In this document: one piece after another, positions 39,085 to 48,097 of the stretch
Position numbering within the stretch: the first letter of the stretch is position 1
Layout of the letters: every line of letters begins with the position of its first letter
NCBI GenBank assembly: GCA_029547185.1
Contig: JAKPPU010000004.1
Coordinates: 40,576 to 104,575 of the forward strand
Direction of reading: 5' to 3'
DNA length: 64,000 bases
Origin: Deltaproteobacteria bacterium
GTDB taxonomy: Bacteria; Desulfobacterota; Desulfomonilia; UBA1062
Translations under genes and position numbers: made by a program
The notes under the pieces: generated by a model
Databases searched by the model: none
Told to the model about the DNA's origin: nothing
Seen by the model: only the letters and a program-made list of their open reading frames with translations

Positions 39085-40473
39085 CTAGGTGGGGCCTATC
39101 TCGAACGCCCGCACCGTTACGAGGCGTTTGAGGAACGGACCCGAGCGTGTCCCCTCTCCGATGCGCAGGTTCGAAACGACCACCCGGTTCACGACCATGA
39201 GCCGCTCTCCGTCGGGGCCGGATTCGGAATATCCCCGCATGTCATGGATCGCATACGGGTCTCTGTCCACGTTTCCGAGGAAGAGCATGATGTGGCCGTT
39301 CATCTGCAGGATGCTGATCCCGCCGATCGAGTTGTCCGAGAGCGCATCCAGGCGGTTTTCCTCGCTGGAGTCGCCCTTGAACCTGGCTATGAGCCTGCCC
39401 ACCCGCGCCTGCTGGGAAGAGTTCCGGGGAAGCTCAATGCCGACCGTCGAGAATATCTCCTGTATGAACCTCGAGCAGTCCTGCTCGCCGTGCATGTCTC
39501 CCCAGCCGTAAGGGAAGTTGAGGAGCTTGAACGCCTGGAGGATGATGGTGCGCGGTGTGTAGGGAAGATATCCGAAGCTCACGTCGCTGCCGGCGACATA
39601 CGCCTCCTCGAAGGTGCATCTGCCGTCACTGCCCCTGAAGGGAAGGACGATCTCGGATATATCTTCGGATCCGGCATCTTTTGTCGGGAAGCGGCAGCCC
39701 ATCCTGACATATGCATGGTGGTCCCTCAGGTCGTCGTCGAGGAAAAGGTCCACCTTGGTGCCGGTCGTGACGACGAAAGGCTCGGCAGACACATACGAGG
39801 CCATCTCTTCCCGGCTGCACAGCCCGACGTCTTCAGCCTTGATCCATCCCTCGCACAAGGGGGCGACCACATAGATCCAGCTTCCGTCCCTGGTCGCATG
39901 GAGGATGGCTACCGGAGTGCCGATGTCCAGCGCGCTGTTCTGCAGCCTGTCGATGTCGATCCTCTTCATGTCCGAGTAGAGCGCGGCGTTCGTGGGAAGC
40001 AGGCGCTGGGAGGTAAAGCTGGTCACCAGCCCGAATTTCACGCCCACCTTGGAAGGTACGGCCCCGATGTTCATCTGCCCCTGCATGTCCCGGAAAAACG
40101 AGGAATCCGTCTTTCTCCCGTCCTGCTGAACGTACTTCTGTGATGAGACATACTGCAGGGTGTTCTTCAGGGCGGTTGAGATTCTGTTTCCCATGACGGT
40201 GTCCGGATACGAGGCGATGTCATAGACCGTTTTCGTCGACTCGCGGATGTATCTGTTGAACTCGGCGATCTTCTCTTTGGGAATGACGACCCTGTCCGGG
40301 TCGGGATGGATCCCTATCCAGAACCCCGCCGTGTTCATCTCCGACACGGTACCCGGAAGCAGCACCGGGGCGGCATAGCTGTTGATCACGATCTCATTGT
40401 GCGACGTACAGGCACATACGAACGATGCGAGAAAGAAGATAAGGCCGGTGTAACGGATCATGGAGCTGTTCAT
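39085..40473 (-). CDS. SH3 plus NlpC/P60 peptidoglycan endopeptidase lipoprotein
   Basis: Lipobox CAC; LQNSALDIGTPVAILH (SH3); PYGWG...DCSRF...LPRNS...GHIMLFLG. Confidence 0.88.
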   Translation of the reverse strand: MNSSMIRYTGLIFFLASFVCACTSHNEIVINSYAAPVLLPGTVSEMNTAGFWIGIHPDPDRVVIPKEKIAEFNRYIRESTKTVYDIASYPDTVMGNRISTALKNTLQYVSSQKYVQQDGRKTDSSFFRDMQGQMNIGAVPSKVGVKFGLVTSFTSQRLLPTNAALYSDMKRIDIDRLQNSALDIGTPVAILHATRDGSWIYVVAPLCEGWIKAEDVGLCSREEMASYVSAEPFVVTTGTKVDLFLDDDLRDHHAYVRMGCRFPTKDAGSEDISEIVLPFRGSDGRCTFEEAYVAGSDVSFGYLPYTPRTIILQAFKLLNFPYGWGDMHGEQDCSRFIQEIFSTVGIELPRNSSQQARVGRLIARFKGDSSEENRLDALSDNSIGGISILQMNGHIMLFLGNVDRDPYAIHDMRGYSESGPDGERLMVVNRVVVSNLRIGEGTRSGPFLKRLVTVRAFEIGPT

Positions 40474-40842
40474 GGATGATACCCTCTTCTGATGCTTAAC
40501 CAGAGATTGCCGATGATACTCACTTCGGCAATCGCACATGCAAACATTAGCCCGATCGTACACCTTTAAGCAAGCTGATAGATGAGCCCGGAGCACGGAA
40601 TCCGGGTGATGCGCCTGCCCTTGAGAAATCACGCCCTGAGGAGAAAGCGATGCCCATAAAACAACCATGGGAAAACCCCCTGATATCCATGACCTTGTGT
40701 TTCGAGTCGGACGGAAGGATCGGTGGGAGGTTCAATCCTTCACGGGGTCTGACTGATATCGGTACGCCCTGATTCGAATATCCGCCGCTGCAGATTCCGA
40801 TGGCCTCACGCCGCTGACATACACGCCGGTTGTAACGAGGCC

Positions 40843-41043
40843 TCAGTATACGCATGTGATCGTGATGGCATCGTTCGGGCATTTCTCTGCAGCCTCGGCG
40901 CATCGCTGCCGGAGCTCGGGCGGGATTTCGCTCATCCGGGCATAGGCCTTTTTGTTGCCCGGATGGAACCTGAAGACCTCGGGGCATATCTGTACGCAGA
41001 CCCCTATGGTACCGCACTTCACCTGATCGACCTCGGCCTTCAT
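40843..41043 (-). CDS. Small single-cluster ferredoxin (probably 3Fe-4S type)
   Basis: CGTIGVCVQICPEVF...KCPNDAI; the second Cys of CxxCxxC is replaced by Ile. Confidence 0.85.
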   Translation of the reverse strand: MKAEVDQVKCGTIGVCVQICPEVFRFHPGNKKAYARMSEIPPELRQRCAEAAEKCPNDAITITCVY

Positions 41044-41211
41044 GGAGATCATCATCCGGCCTCCCTGTACACACCCTTTTACAAGACCATATCAGCCTAA
41101 AATATTATATGGCCGGGTCTCCCAAGGATTCAAAGGGGGCGTATCGTATTGCGGCACTTGCGTCAGGGTTTCCATGTGGGGTCAGCACATTTGCCCGCCA
41201 TGCCGGAGCCT

Positions 41212-42843
41212 TCATTCATCGAAGCCGGGAGGCAGCTTCCCGAAGCCGTTCTCACCGTTTCCCTCTTCTCCGTACGCGGACGGCTGCTTCACCTCGAAGG
41301 CATATCCGGCATCCCTTCCCGCCTTGATGTACGAGCCCTTTCCCATCCTAAAGGCGCCTTTCGAGTCGATGACAATGGCCGACTCCGTCGGTACGGGGCA
41401 GGCGTGCTCGCAGAATCCGCACCCGTTGCACCTCTTCTCGTTCACAAAGGGCACCGGAGCCTTCGATTCCGGGGTGCGCTTCAGGTCTATGGCCCCGAAC
41501 GGGCATACCTCGTCGCAGACGAGGCATTCCCTGCCGAGGTCCCAGGCGATGCACTTTTTCCTGATCACCGAGGCCGTTCCCACCTTGGCCCAGATCTTCT
41601 CCTCCGGGTCCAGATCCCTGAGAGCGCCTGTCGGGCACACCGAGCCGCATTTCGTACACGAAGGCTCGCACGGACCTCTCCTGGGGGTAATGACAGGGCT
41701 CATGAACCCTGCCACGCCCGAAGAGAGGCCGATGTGCTGCAGGGTGTTCGTAGGGCAGGCCTTCATGCACTCGCCGCACCGGATGCACCGGGCGAGGAAA
41801 TCATGCTCCGGCAGGGCGCCGGGAGGGCGGATGGGCGATGAACCCGCATTCCTGCCCGTGCCGCTGTAGAGGGTTCCCGGCAGGTTGAGGGAAACGAGAG
41901 CTGCTCCCAGTCCGCCCACCCCCGAGAGGATGAGGCTCCTGCGGTGCTTCGAGAAGAGGCTGTCTTCCCCGACGGGCCGGGATCTCATGAAAGCGAACCC
42001 GACGGCACCGGCAGGGCATTCCCTCGCACACTTCCCGCAGGCGGTGCAATCGGGGAACCGGGTGTGCATGGGATTCCCGCCGATGGCGTCCATGGGGCAT
42101 TTCCTCCTGCACACCCCGCACCCGGTGCAGGAATCCGAAACCCGCCTCCCCCAAAAAGGCCTCAGGGAGAGTATGGAGAGGACCGCTCCTGCCGGGCAGA
42201 GGTACCGACACCAGAACCTCTTCGTCATGAGGCCCGAGCCGAGGATCAAAACCCCCATGGTCAGGGTGAACCACTGGAGGGAAAAGGTCTGCACCGGCAC
42301 CGAGGTGTATTCGAGTATCGGGACACCTGCCGCCCGGCCTGCCTCACGGATGCCGACGATCCCGATGCCCAGCAGTTCCGAGACGGCGGGAAAGAAGGCA
42401 AGGCCGTAGAGCCTCGTTGCCAGGCTCAGGGGCGAGGCGAGAAAAACGAAGGATACCCCGGCCAGGGAGGCCCCCAGGATGAACGAGAGGAGGAGATACT
42501 TCGCGATCCTGAGCGATCGGAAGTCAGGCCTCGCTCCCTTTGGGCCGTATCTCCTCCTCGGCCTCTGCAGAATCCAATCGAAGATATCGATCGTGGTGCC
42601 CAGCGGGCACAGGGTCGAGCAGAAGAACCTGCCCAGGACAAGGGTGAATACGGCGATGACGAGCGCCGGAACGAGCAGAACAACAAAGGTGCGGGCGCTC
42701 AAGAGCACGGAGAAAAGCACGAGCGGGTCCATGCGGAGGAACAGATCGACCCTCATCCATTCCATGGCATGGTTCGAGGCAAGGGAGAGGAGGACGAGAA
42801 ATGTAAGGAAGCTCGTCCCCTGGATGATGCGCCGGAACCTCAT
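41212..42843 (-). CDS. Membrane 4Fe-4S protein (NapH/MauN-like fused to NapG/MauM-like)
   Basis: GRFFCSTLCPLG, RFWCRYLCPAG, IRPPGA...CIRCGECMKACP, several CxxCxxCxxxCP motifs; start MRFRR at 42843. Confidence 0.88.
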   Translation of the reverse strand: MRFRRIIQGTSFLTFLVLLSLASNHAMEWMRVDLFLRMDPLVLFSVLLSARTFVVLLVPALVIAVFTLVLGRFFCSTLCPLGTTIDIFDWILQRPRRRYGPKGARPDFRSLRIAKYLLLSFILGASLAGVSFVFLASPLSLATRLYGLAFFPAVSELLGIGIVGIREAGRAAGVPILEYTSVPVQTFSLQWFTLTMGVLILGSGLMTKRFWCRYLCPAGAVLSILSLRPFWGRRVSDSCTGCGVCRRKCPMDAIGGNPMHTRFPDCTACGKCARECPAGAVGFAFMRSRPVGEDSLFSKHRRSLILSGVGGLGAALVSLNLPGTLYSGTGRNAGSSPIRPPGALPEHDFLARCIRCGECMKACPTNTLQHIGLSSGVAGFMSPVITPRRGPCEPSCTKCGSVCPTGALRDLDPEEKIWAKVGTASVIRKKCIAWDLGRECLVCDEVCPFGAIDLKRTPESKAPVPFVNEKRCNGCGFCEHACPVPTESAIVIDSKGAFRMGKGSYIKAGRDAGYAFEVKQPSAYGEEGNGENGFGKLPPGFDE

Positions 42844-43799
42844 CAAACGGATTTCTTGCCGACATTGAGCCTCGAGAGATCCATGCGGCCGAGGCCTCTC
42901 TCGCTTGCGATCCTGATGTGCTTGACCTGCCTCGGCTCCATATGGCGGCCGTACCACTCGAACATGGAGACTGCCTGCGCGTCTGCAGCGACCATGTCCC
43001 TCGATGCAATGACGGTGTCCATCCTGAGCACCTTGCCGGGCCCGCCCGGTCCGTTCGTGCTGAGCACCCTGCTCCCATCGATCACCACGAGCCTGGGCCT
43101 GAGGAAGGAGCACAAATCGACGATCGCGGTGTTCAAATCATGCAGGTAGTGCATGACATCCCGGCTGTAGATGAGGCCCATCATTCCCTTCATGGAAAGG
43201 GACACCCCGGTGCTCGAATGCGATTTCGCCACCGGCGCTGCGATGAGGACATCCGCTTCGAGCACGTCCCTCATCACGTCCGTCTTTTTGAACGTCCGGG
43301 CGCCGGGTATGGCGACCTCGCGGTAGAACTCCTTGTCTTCGAGGGCATGGACCATCCGGTCGTCTCCGAAGACCCGGCAGGCGTCCTTGACCTCCTGGAT
43401 GCAGAGCTCATTGGGCCGAAGCGGATGGTCGAGCACACGTATTCTCGATGCGCCCGCCTGCCTGCACATGGCCACGAGCTCGCGGACCACCTCGGGATGC
43501 GTGTTGGTGCCGCTCTCGAGGCCCCTGGCAAAGCTCATGTTCGGCTTTATCACGACCTTGCTGCCCTTCTTCACGAAGGCCCCCATGCCGCCGAGCATTT
43601 CGACCGCCGCTCTCGTGGCGGCCCCGGGGCTGCCGGTGACCACCGCGATGTTCGGGGCTGCCGCTGCAGAGGCATCACGTGGGCTCATGGCGGGAAAGCC
43701 TCCTGCGGCAGCCGCCAGTGCAGCCCCTGCATTGAGCTTGAAAAACTCTCTGCGCGAGAGCGACTTCTTCAGGATCTTTTCGAACAAGGCATCGATCAT
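42843..43799 (-). CDS. DUF362 family protein with a Tat signal
   Basis: SRREFFK twin-arginine motif; LGGMGAFVKKGSKVVIKPN; AKSHSSTGVSLSMK. Confidence 0.88.
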   Translation of the reverse strand: MIDALFEKILKKSLSRREFFKLNAGAALAAAAGGFPAMSPRDASAAAAPNIAVVTGSPGAATRAAVEMLGGMGAFVKKGSKVVIKPNMSFARGLESGTNTHPEVVRELVAMCRQAGASRIRVLDHPLRPNELCIQEVKDACRVFGDDRMVHALEDKEFYREVAIPGARTFKKTDVMRDVLEADVLIAAPVAKSHSSTGVSLSMKGMMGLIYSRDVMHYLHDLNTAIVDLCSFLRPRLVVIDGSRVLSTNGPGGPGKVLRMDTVIASRDMVAADAQAVSMFEWYGRHMEPRQVKHIRIASERGLGRMDLSRLNVGKKSV

Positions 43800-43904
43800 C
43801 GTACTGCTCACAGGGTCTCTCCTTTCCGCCGGGGCAACCTGCCCCCTCCACTTCATTATAATCGATACAGATGGGTTTTTGAAGGTCTCCTACCCTTTTC
43901 CTCT

Positions 43905-44110
43905 CCCTGTCATTCCATTAGAAGGCACATAGGTGTTAACTCAAGAGTTCAGCGCTAAATTGAACAGCTTGAGGTAAGATGCGAAAGCTTTATCGTCATT
44001 CCCTTAGAAGGCAGGAATCCAGGAAGCGTGAAGAAAAGCCCTGGATCTCCGGTTTCACGTGGATGACAGGGGAAACGACGGGAATGACAGGGGAGATAGG
44101 GAATGACGAG
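43905..44110. repeat. Degenerate REP-like palindromic cluster (GTCATTCC...GGAATCCA / TGGAT...GGAATGAC)
   Basis: CGTCATTCCCTTAGAAGGCAGGAATCCAGG at 43994; CCTGGATCTCC...GGATGACAGG near 44040; GGAATGAC repeated near 44081 and 44100; TGTCATTCC near 43908. Confidence 0.6.
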
Positions 44111-44142
44111 AGTAGGCGAATGGTGAGATAGCTGACAGAGTG

Positions 44143-44712
44143 CTACAGCCCTATCGCCGTCCTGAAGTCCCTGATCTCCCGGTCGGTGAGACGGGCCTCC
44201 TCGATGCCGAGGCTCTTTCTCAGGAGCTCGAGGTCTTCTTCGGGCGGGATGGGCTCCTCTGCGGGGTTTGAGACGCTCTCGATGCTGATGTCCGGGTCAT
44301 CTCCGGCGCCGAAGAGGCGGTACCGGTAGAGCGAGACGGGAACGGTGCATGCCTGCTCGCACATGCTGCAGGAGCCGGAGGGAAAATCCTGGGAGAGGAT
44401 GATCAGGCTTACGGGCTTCGTGATATCGATCTCCTCGGGACTGTAGATCCTCTTGAGGAACTCCCGGTTCTCGCTGAACCACGAGTATCCCATGAGAGAA
44501 CGGAACAGAGCGTGGGGAAAATCCGAAGTGCCTATGGTTACGAGGTAGACCCGGGAGCCGTCTGTTGCCAGGAGATCGATCCTGCCGGTGAAATTGTTGC
44601 CCAGGCTGTGCTCGACGATGCGGTATCCTTTGATCTCCCTGAAGTATTGAGCGCATATCTGGCTCAAGTATTCGACTGCCTTGCCCGGAACGGGCTTGAG
44701 AATCCGGGTCAT
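44143..44712 (-). CDS. Hypothetical protein (possible degenerate PD-(D/E)xK-like fold)
   Basis: GRIDLLATDGSRVYLVTI; ATGA overlap with the upstream gene. Confidence 0.6.
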   Translation of the reverse strand: MTRILKPVPGKAVEYLSQICAQYFREIKGYRIVEHSLGNNFTGRIDLLATDGSRVYLVTIGTSDFPHALFRSLMGYSWFSENREFLKRIYSPEEIDITKPVSLIILSQDFPSGSCSMCEQACTVPVSLYRYRLFGAGDDPDISIESVSNPAEEPIPPEEDLELLRKSLGIEEARLTDREIRDFRTAIGL

Positions 44713-45551
44713 ATCGCACTCCCTGTGGGCGCATGCCCTTGTCCGGACTCGATGAAGGAGGCGCTCATGGCGAGCAGGCTGTCTTTTGCAGCCGAGGCCT
44801 CGTAGCTGAGGACGATCGGCTTATGCTCTGCAATGGAGCCTTCGAGAAGATCGTCATGAACGAGGCATCCCAGAAAATGGGGATCTCTCGAGAGCCGCTC
44901 TTTTACGAAGCCCGAGAAACGGGAGAATATCTCGTGCGCCCGTGTTTCCGAGCCCGGGTTGTCGAAAGCGATGTGGACCCTGCTCGAAGGATCGCGCTCC
45001 CAGATCACCTTGCAGTAAGCATAGCACCGAAGGAGCGATGCGCCGTCGATGGGAGCAAGCAGGATCGCATCGAAGGCAGTGTCCCACTCGAGCACGGACT
45101 CGAGCGAATCGGGGGTGCTCACGAGGAAGAACCGGTCTCTCTCCAGGCAGGAGCTCTCCTTGAGGTCATGGAGCTTTCCTTCCGGCTGCACGTCGGCATC
45201 GTAGACGAGGATATCGGGAAGGCCGTAGAGCTTCACTGTCCCTGCGCCGGGATACAGCCCCTGACGAACGACCTGCTGCAGCATGGTCCCCACGCGTATC
45301 CCCTCGCTCCTGTCACCGTCCCAGATGTCGACATGGAACCGGTTGCGTGCCAGCTCAAGGGCAAAATTCGCGAGGAAGCACGATTTGATCAGGCTCGATC
45401 CGGGATAGAATATCCTGATGACGTGCCTTGTGACGGGCTGTGAATCCGACTTCCGGGTCCTCTCCGATGCGCCCCTGGGACGGCTCGAGAGGTAGAACCT
45501 GGATACATCCTCGAGGCCTCTGCCTAACCTTTTTCTCTCTTCCATGATCAC
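44709..45551 (-). CDS. MinD/FlhG-like protein with a degenerate Walker A and a ParB-like N-terminal peptide
   Basis: RKRLGRGLEDV at the N-terminus; PGSSLIKS at the P-loop position; FLANFALELAR...DIWDGD; FLGCLVHDDLL...KPIVL. Confidence 0.6.
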   Translation of the reverse strand: MIMEERKRLGRGLEDVSRFYLSSRPRGASERTRKSDSQPVTRHVIRIFYPGSSLIKSCFLANFALELARNRFHVDIWDGDRSEGIRVGTMLQQVVRQGLYPGAGTVKLYGLPDILVYDADVQPEGKLHDLKESSCLERDRFFLVSTPDSLESVLEWDTAFDAILLAPIDGASLLRCYAYCKVIWERDPSSRVHIAFDNPGSETRAHEIFSRFSGFVKERLSRDPHFLGCLVHDDLLEGSIAEHKPIVLSYEASAAKDSLLAMSASFIESGQGHAPTGSAI

Positions 45552-45846
45552 TCGACTTCTATGAGGGAATTCTCCCCGAACTCATTCCTTGAGGTTTTAG
45601 GGTTGGCAGGATCTGTCATCCATTTTCCGTCAACGAAGAATTTTTACTCGTACCTGCCCTTTTTCAGAGACACGAGCTTCTGCCAGACACTGCTTCCCTC
45701 GACATGCTGCAGGGGCGTCCGGCCGATTTTCCATTCATTGAAGTCCGCCACGACAGAAACCTTCTTCGCACCCGGGGCGTCGAAGGAGAACAGGACTTCG
45801 CGCTCGGCAGCAGGACCCCGAAACCACAGCTTCAAGCATCAAACAT
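45548..45846 (-). pseudogene. CBM48/AMPK-beta glycogen-binding protein with an internal stop
   Basis: FSFDAPGAKKVSVVADFNEW...LKKGRYE*KFFVDGKWMTDPANP...NSLIEVE; TAA at 45646-45644 replaces the conserved Tyr; the ATG at 45846 is one base out of frame. Confidence 0.8.
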
Positions 45847-45972
45847 CACAGTAATCGGTTTGGATGTGGATAGCATGGGGTAGGTGCCATGTCAACAGAT
45901 TTATTGGCCTTTTTGTGTCGTGGGGTCAAGGCTTGGGGGTCTTGCCACGCCTGACCCCGAACCTCACAAGCC

Positions 45973-46497
45973 TCATGCGCCGTCGAGGGTGTGGCGTTCG
46001 GTTCTCCTGAGCCAGCCTTCGGGGTCCTTGAGGAACTCCTCGACATCCCTGAGGGAGAGGTAGTGCTCCCGCTCGATGCCGGCAAGCAGGGCAAAGAAGG
46101 CCTTTTCCCTGGGATCGGAAACCTCGTCTTTGAGCGTGGTATACAGATTCATGCCCCTGGCCTCGAACTCGACCGCAATCTCGACAGCCTTCAGATAGTC
46201 GGCATCGCTCTCTTCCTTCACGTCGAGCTTCTTGAGCATGCTTTTCGTCGTACTTCCGATGTCCGTCTGCTTCACGGCGAGGGGGACGCTCTCGGGCCAC
46301 TTCTCGGCTTTCTCCCATTTCTCGTGCAGCTCTTTGAGACGCGTGTAATGTTCCAGCTCGTCATCCGCGATCTGCTGAAACATGACCCGGCCCAGGGGAT
46401 TCTTTGTTCTGCCTGCGTGCTCGAGGTAGAACTCACGCTCGTTCTTCTCGTTGTTCAGGGCCAACTCCAGTGCATTGATCCTTTCCGACTGGTCCAT
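45973..46497 (-). CDS. Rubrerythrin/ferritin-like diiron protein
   Basis: ALNNEKNEREFY...DELEHY...EFEARGMNLY...IEREHY; ATG at 46497 after GGAGG. Confidence 0.88.
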   Translation of the reverse strand: MDQSERINALELALNNEKNEREFYLEHAGRTKNPLGRVMFQQIADDELEHYTRLKELHEKWEKAEKWPESVPLAVKQTDIGSTTKSMLKKLDVKEESDADYLKAVEIAVEFEARGMNLYTTLKDEVSDPREKAFFALLAGIEREHYLSLRDVEEFLKDPEGWLRRTERHTLDGA

Positions 46498-46614
46498 GTA
46501 TCCTCCTTGTCTCACATGATCCTTTCCAGCGAAGTCTCCCTTACCAAGGGAACCATGCTCTCTTAATAAGGGATATCCTCTCCGAGTCAATGGAACTCGG
46601 GAACTCTTCTCCAG

Positions 46615-46863
46615 CTATGCAGACGGCATCTCCAGGGTTGAAATGAGTTCGATATCCGCAATTGCCTTGGTAAGCTTTGCCAGATTCTCGATCATGATCC
46701 TGGCATCGGGAGACAGATCGTTTCTCTTTCTGGTGGTGCGCTGAACATACTCACAATACAAACGAATCTGCAGACAAACTTCGGAGATGTTGTCGTAGGT
46801 GATGCTGCTTACATACTGATCGATATCGGTATCTGTCATATTCGCGAGGATCGGAGTCTCCAT
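46615..46863 (-). CDS. Small hypothetical protein
   Basis: GAGGTG RBS before METPILANM; no family recognised. Confidence 0.5.
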   Translation of the reverse strand: METPILANMTDTDIDQYVSSITYDNISEVCLQIRLYCEYVQRTTRKRNDLSPDARIMIENLAKLTKAIADIELISTLEMPSA

Positions 46864-46915
46864 GATACACCTCTTTTCTCTTGTCTCTTGCGCCCTTTTG
46901 AGGCCCTGGACCCGC

Positions 46916-47929
46916 TCAGAATCTCCAGACTGCAATCGTGGCCCACAATCGCCAAGCGGCATATGCCTTCAAATTCGCATTGAGCGGCTGGGAATGGGCT
47001 GAGTAGCATGAGTACCAGTCAACCCCTTCGACATGGGAGTTCTGCCACTGTATTGCCCAGTTCGCGTCCCGTACACCGTCTCTGCCGGAGTCGTAGTCGC
47101 AGTTGTCATTGGGAATCCTGTCACCGTAGTAGACGCCGTCAGGATCATAGGTTTCGATATCTGCAAAGTCATAGAGGATCTTCCCGTTCGCCCTGCAGTA
47201 CTGGCGTATCTGATTGTTGCGCACATTGAGATTCCCGGTAAGCCCGGTACCGTCCAGATGCCCTGTCATATAGACGAAGCATACATCGGGGTAGTCCTTT
47301 TCGAGTTCGCTCATGAGGGAAAGGTAGAGATTGATCTCCTCTGCCGTTCCATCAGCCTGGCTGCACCATGCCCACATGACCACATTGATTTCAGGATGCT
47401 GGTTCAGGTAGCTCCTGGTCGATATTGCCCATGCAGTCCTGTCCGGATCGCCGAGGTCGCTTGCCCCGGAAAAAGGCTGGTCCCGAAGATCGAGCGCCCC
47501 ACCGACACCTCCGCTGTTATAGGCATAGAGGCTGCCTTTGAAGCTTGCGAGGCCTTCCATGCCGCTCGTGATCTGGCTGCCGTGGGACGTATGGCCGTAG
47601 GCGATATGAAGTGTCTCCTTGGCTTTCTCGATCCACTCAGGTGGGATGGCGTCGAGATCGGTCGAGGTATGATCGATGATCAGGGCATTTCCGGACGCAT
47701 TCTGGGAGGGAGAAGCCCCGCTCTGAGGAGCTCCGACCTGTGGTGTTCCACCTTGTGATGTTCCGCCCGGTGACGTTCCACCCTGTGGGTTGGCGGCATT
47801 CCCGCTTTGAATGCTGTTCACCGACGATTCATCATCGCTCGCGCTGCATGAAAACAGCGCGAAAAGGACTATGAGCAGGGCACCGGACAGATACAACCCC
47901 CACATGTGTGTGCCTTGAATCCCGTTCAT
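46916..47929 (-). CDS. Lipoprotein with Gly/Ser/Pro pentapeptide linker repeats and an uncharacterised hydrolase-like domain
   Basis: Lipobox LFSC; GGTSP-GGTSQ-GGTPQ-VGAPQ-SGASP; IAYGHTSHGSQI, FVYMTGHLDG, LYDFADIE. Confidence 0.7.
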   Translation of the reverse strand: MNGIQGTHMWGLYLSGALLIVLFALFSCSASDDESSVNSIQSGNAANPQGGTSPGGTSQGGTPQVGAPQSGASPSQNASGNALIIDHTSTDLDAIPPEWIEKAKETLHIAYGHTSHGSQITSGMEGLASFKGSLYAYNSGGVGGALDLRDQPFSGASDLGDPDRTAWAISTRSYLNQHPEINVVMWAWCSQADGTAEEINLYLSLMSELEKDYPDVCFVYMTGHLDGTGLTGNLNVRNNQIRQYCRANGKILYDFADIETYDPDGVYYGDRIPNDNCDYDSGRDGVRDANWAIQWQNSHVEGVDWYSCYSAHSQPLNANLKAYAAWRLWATIAVWRF

Positions 47930-48097
47930 CCCGGTCCTCCTGTATTAATAGTAAATAATACGTCACCGCAATTTTCAGGCAATTCCCGAGTATGCAGCGC
48001 TGGAGGTTTTGGGGCAATCCGTTGGTGAATCGGGTCCTATCCTGCCGCGGCGGGGGGAAGCCATTCCTTGAGCATCGGGGCAGGCCCGGGCATATCT

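Noticed and set aside
40705-40754. tRNA-like GGTTCAATCC inside a hairpin (AGTCGGAC/GTCTGACT)
   Set aside because: No D arm, anticodon arm or CCA end; it is only a simple stem-loop.
45922-45958. GGGGTCA...TGACCCC hairpin as a mobile-element end
   Set aside because: A single imperfect hairpin after a stop codon, more simply a terminator or stabiliser; only weak similarity to GGGTCAGGCCTTG at 4083.
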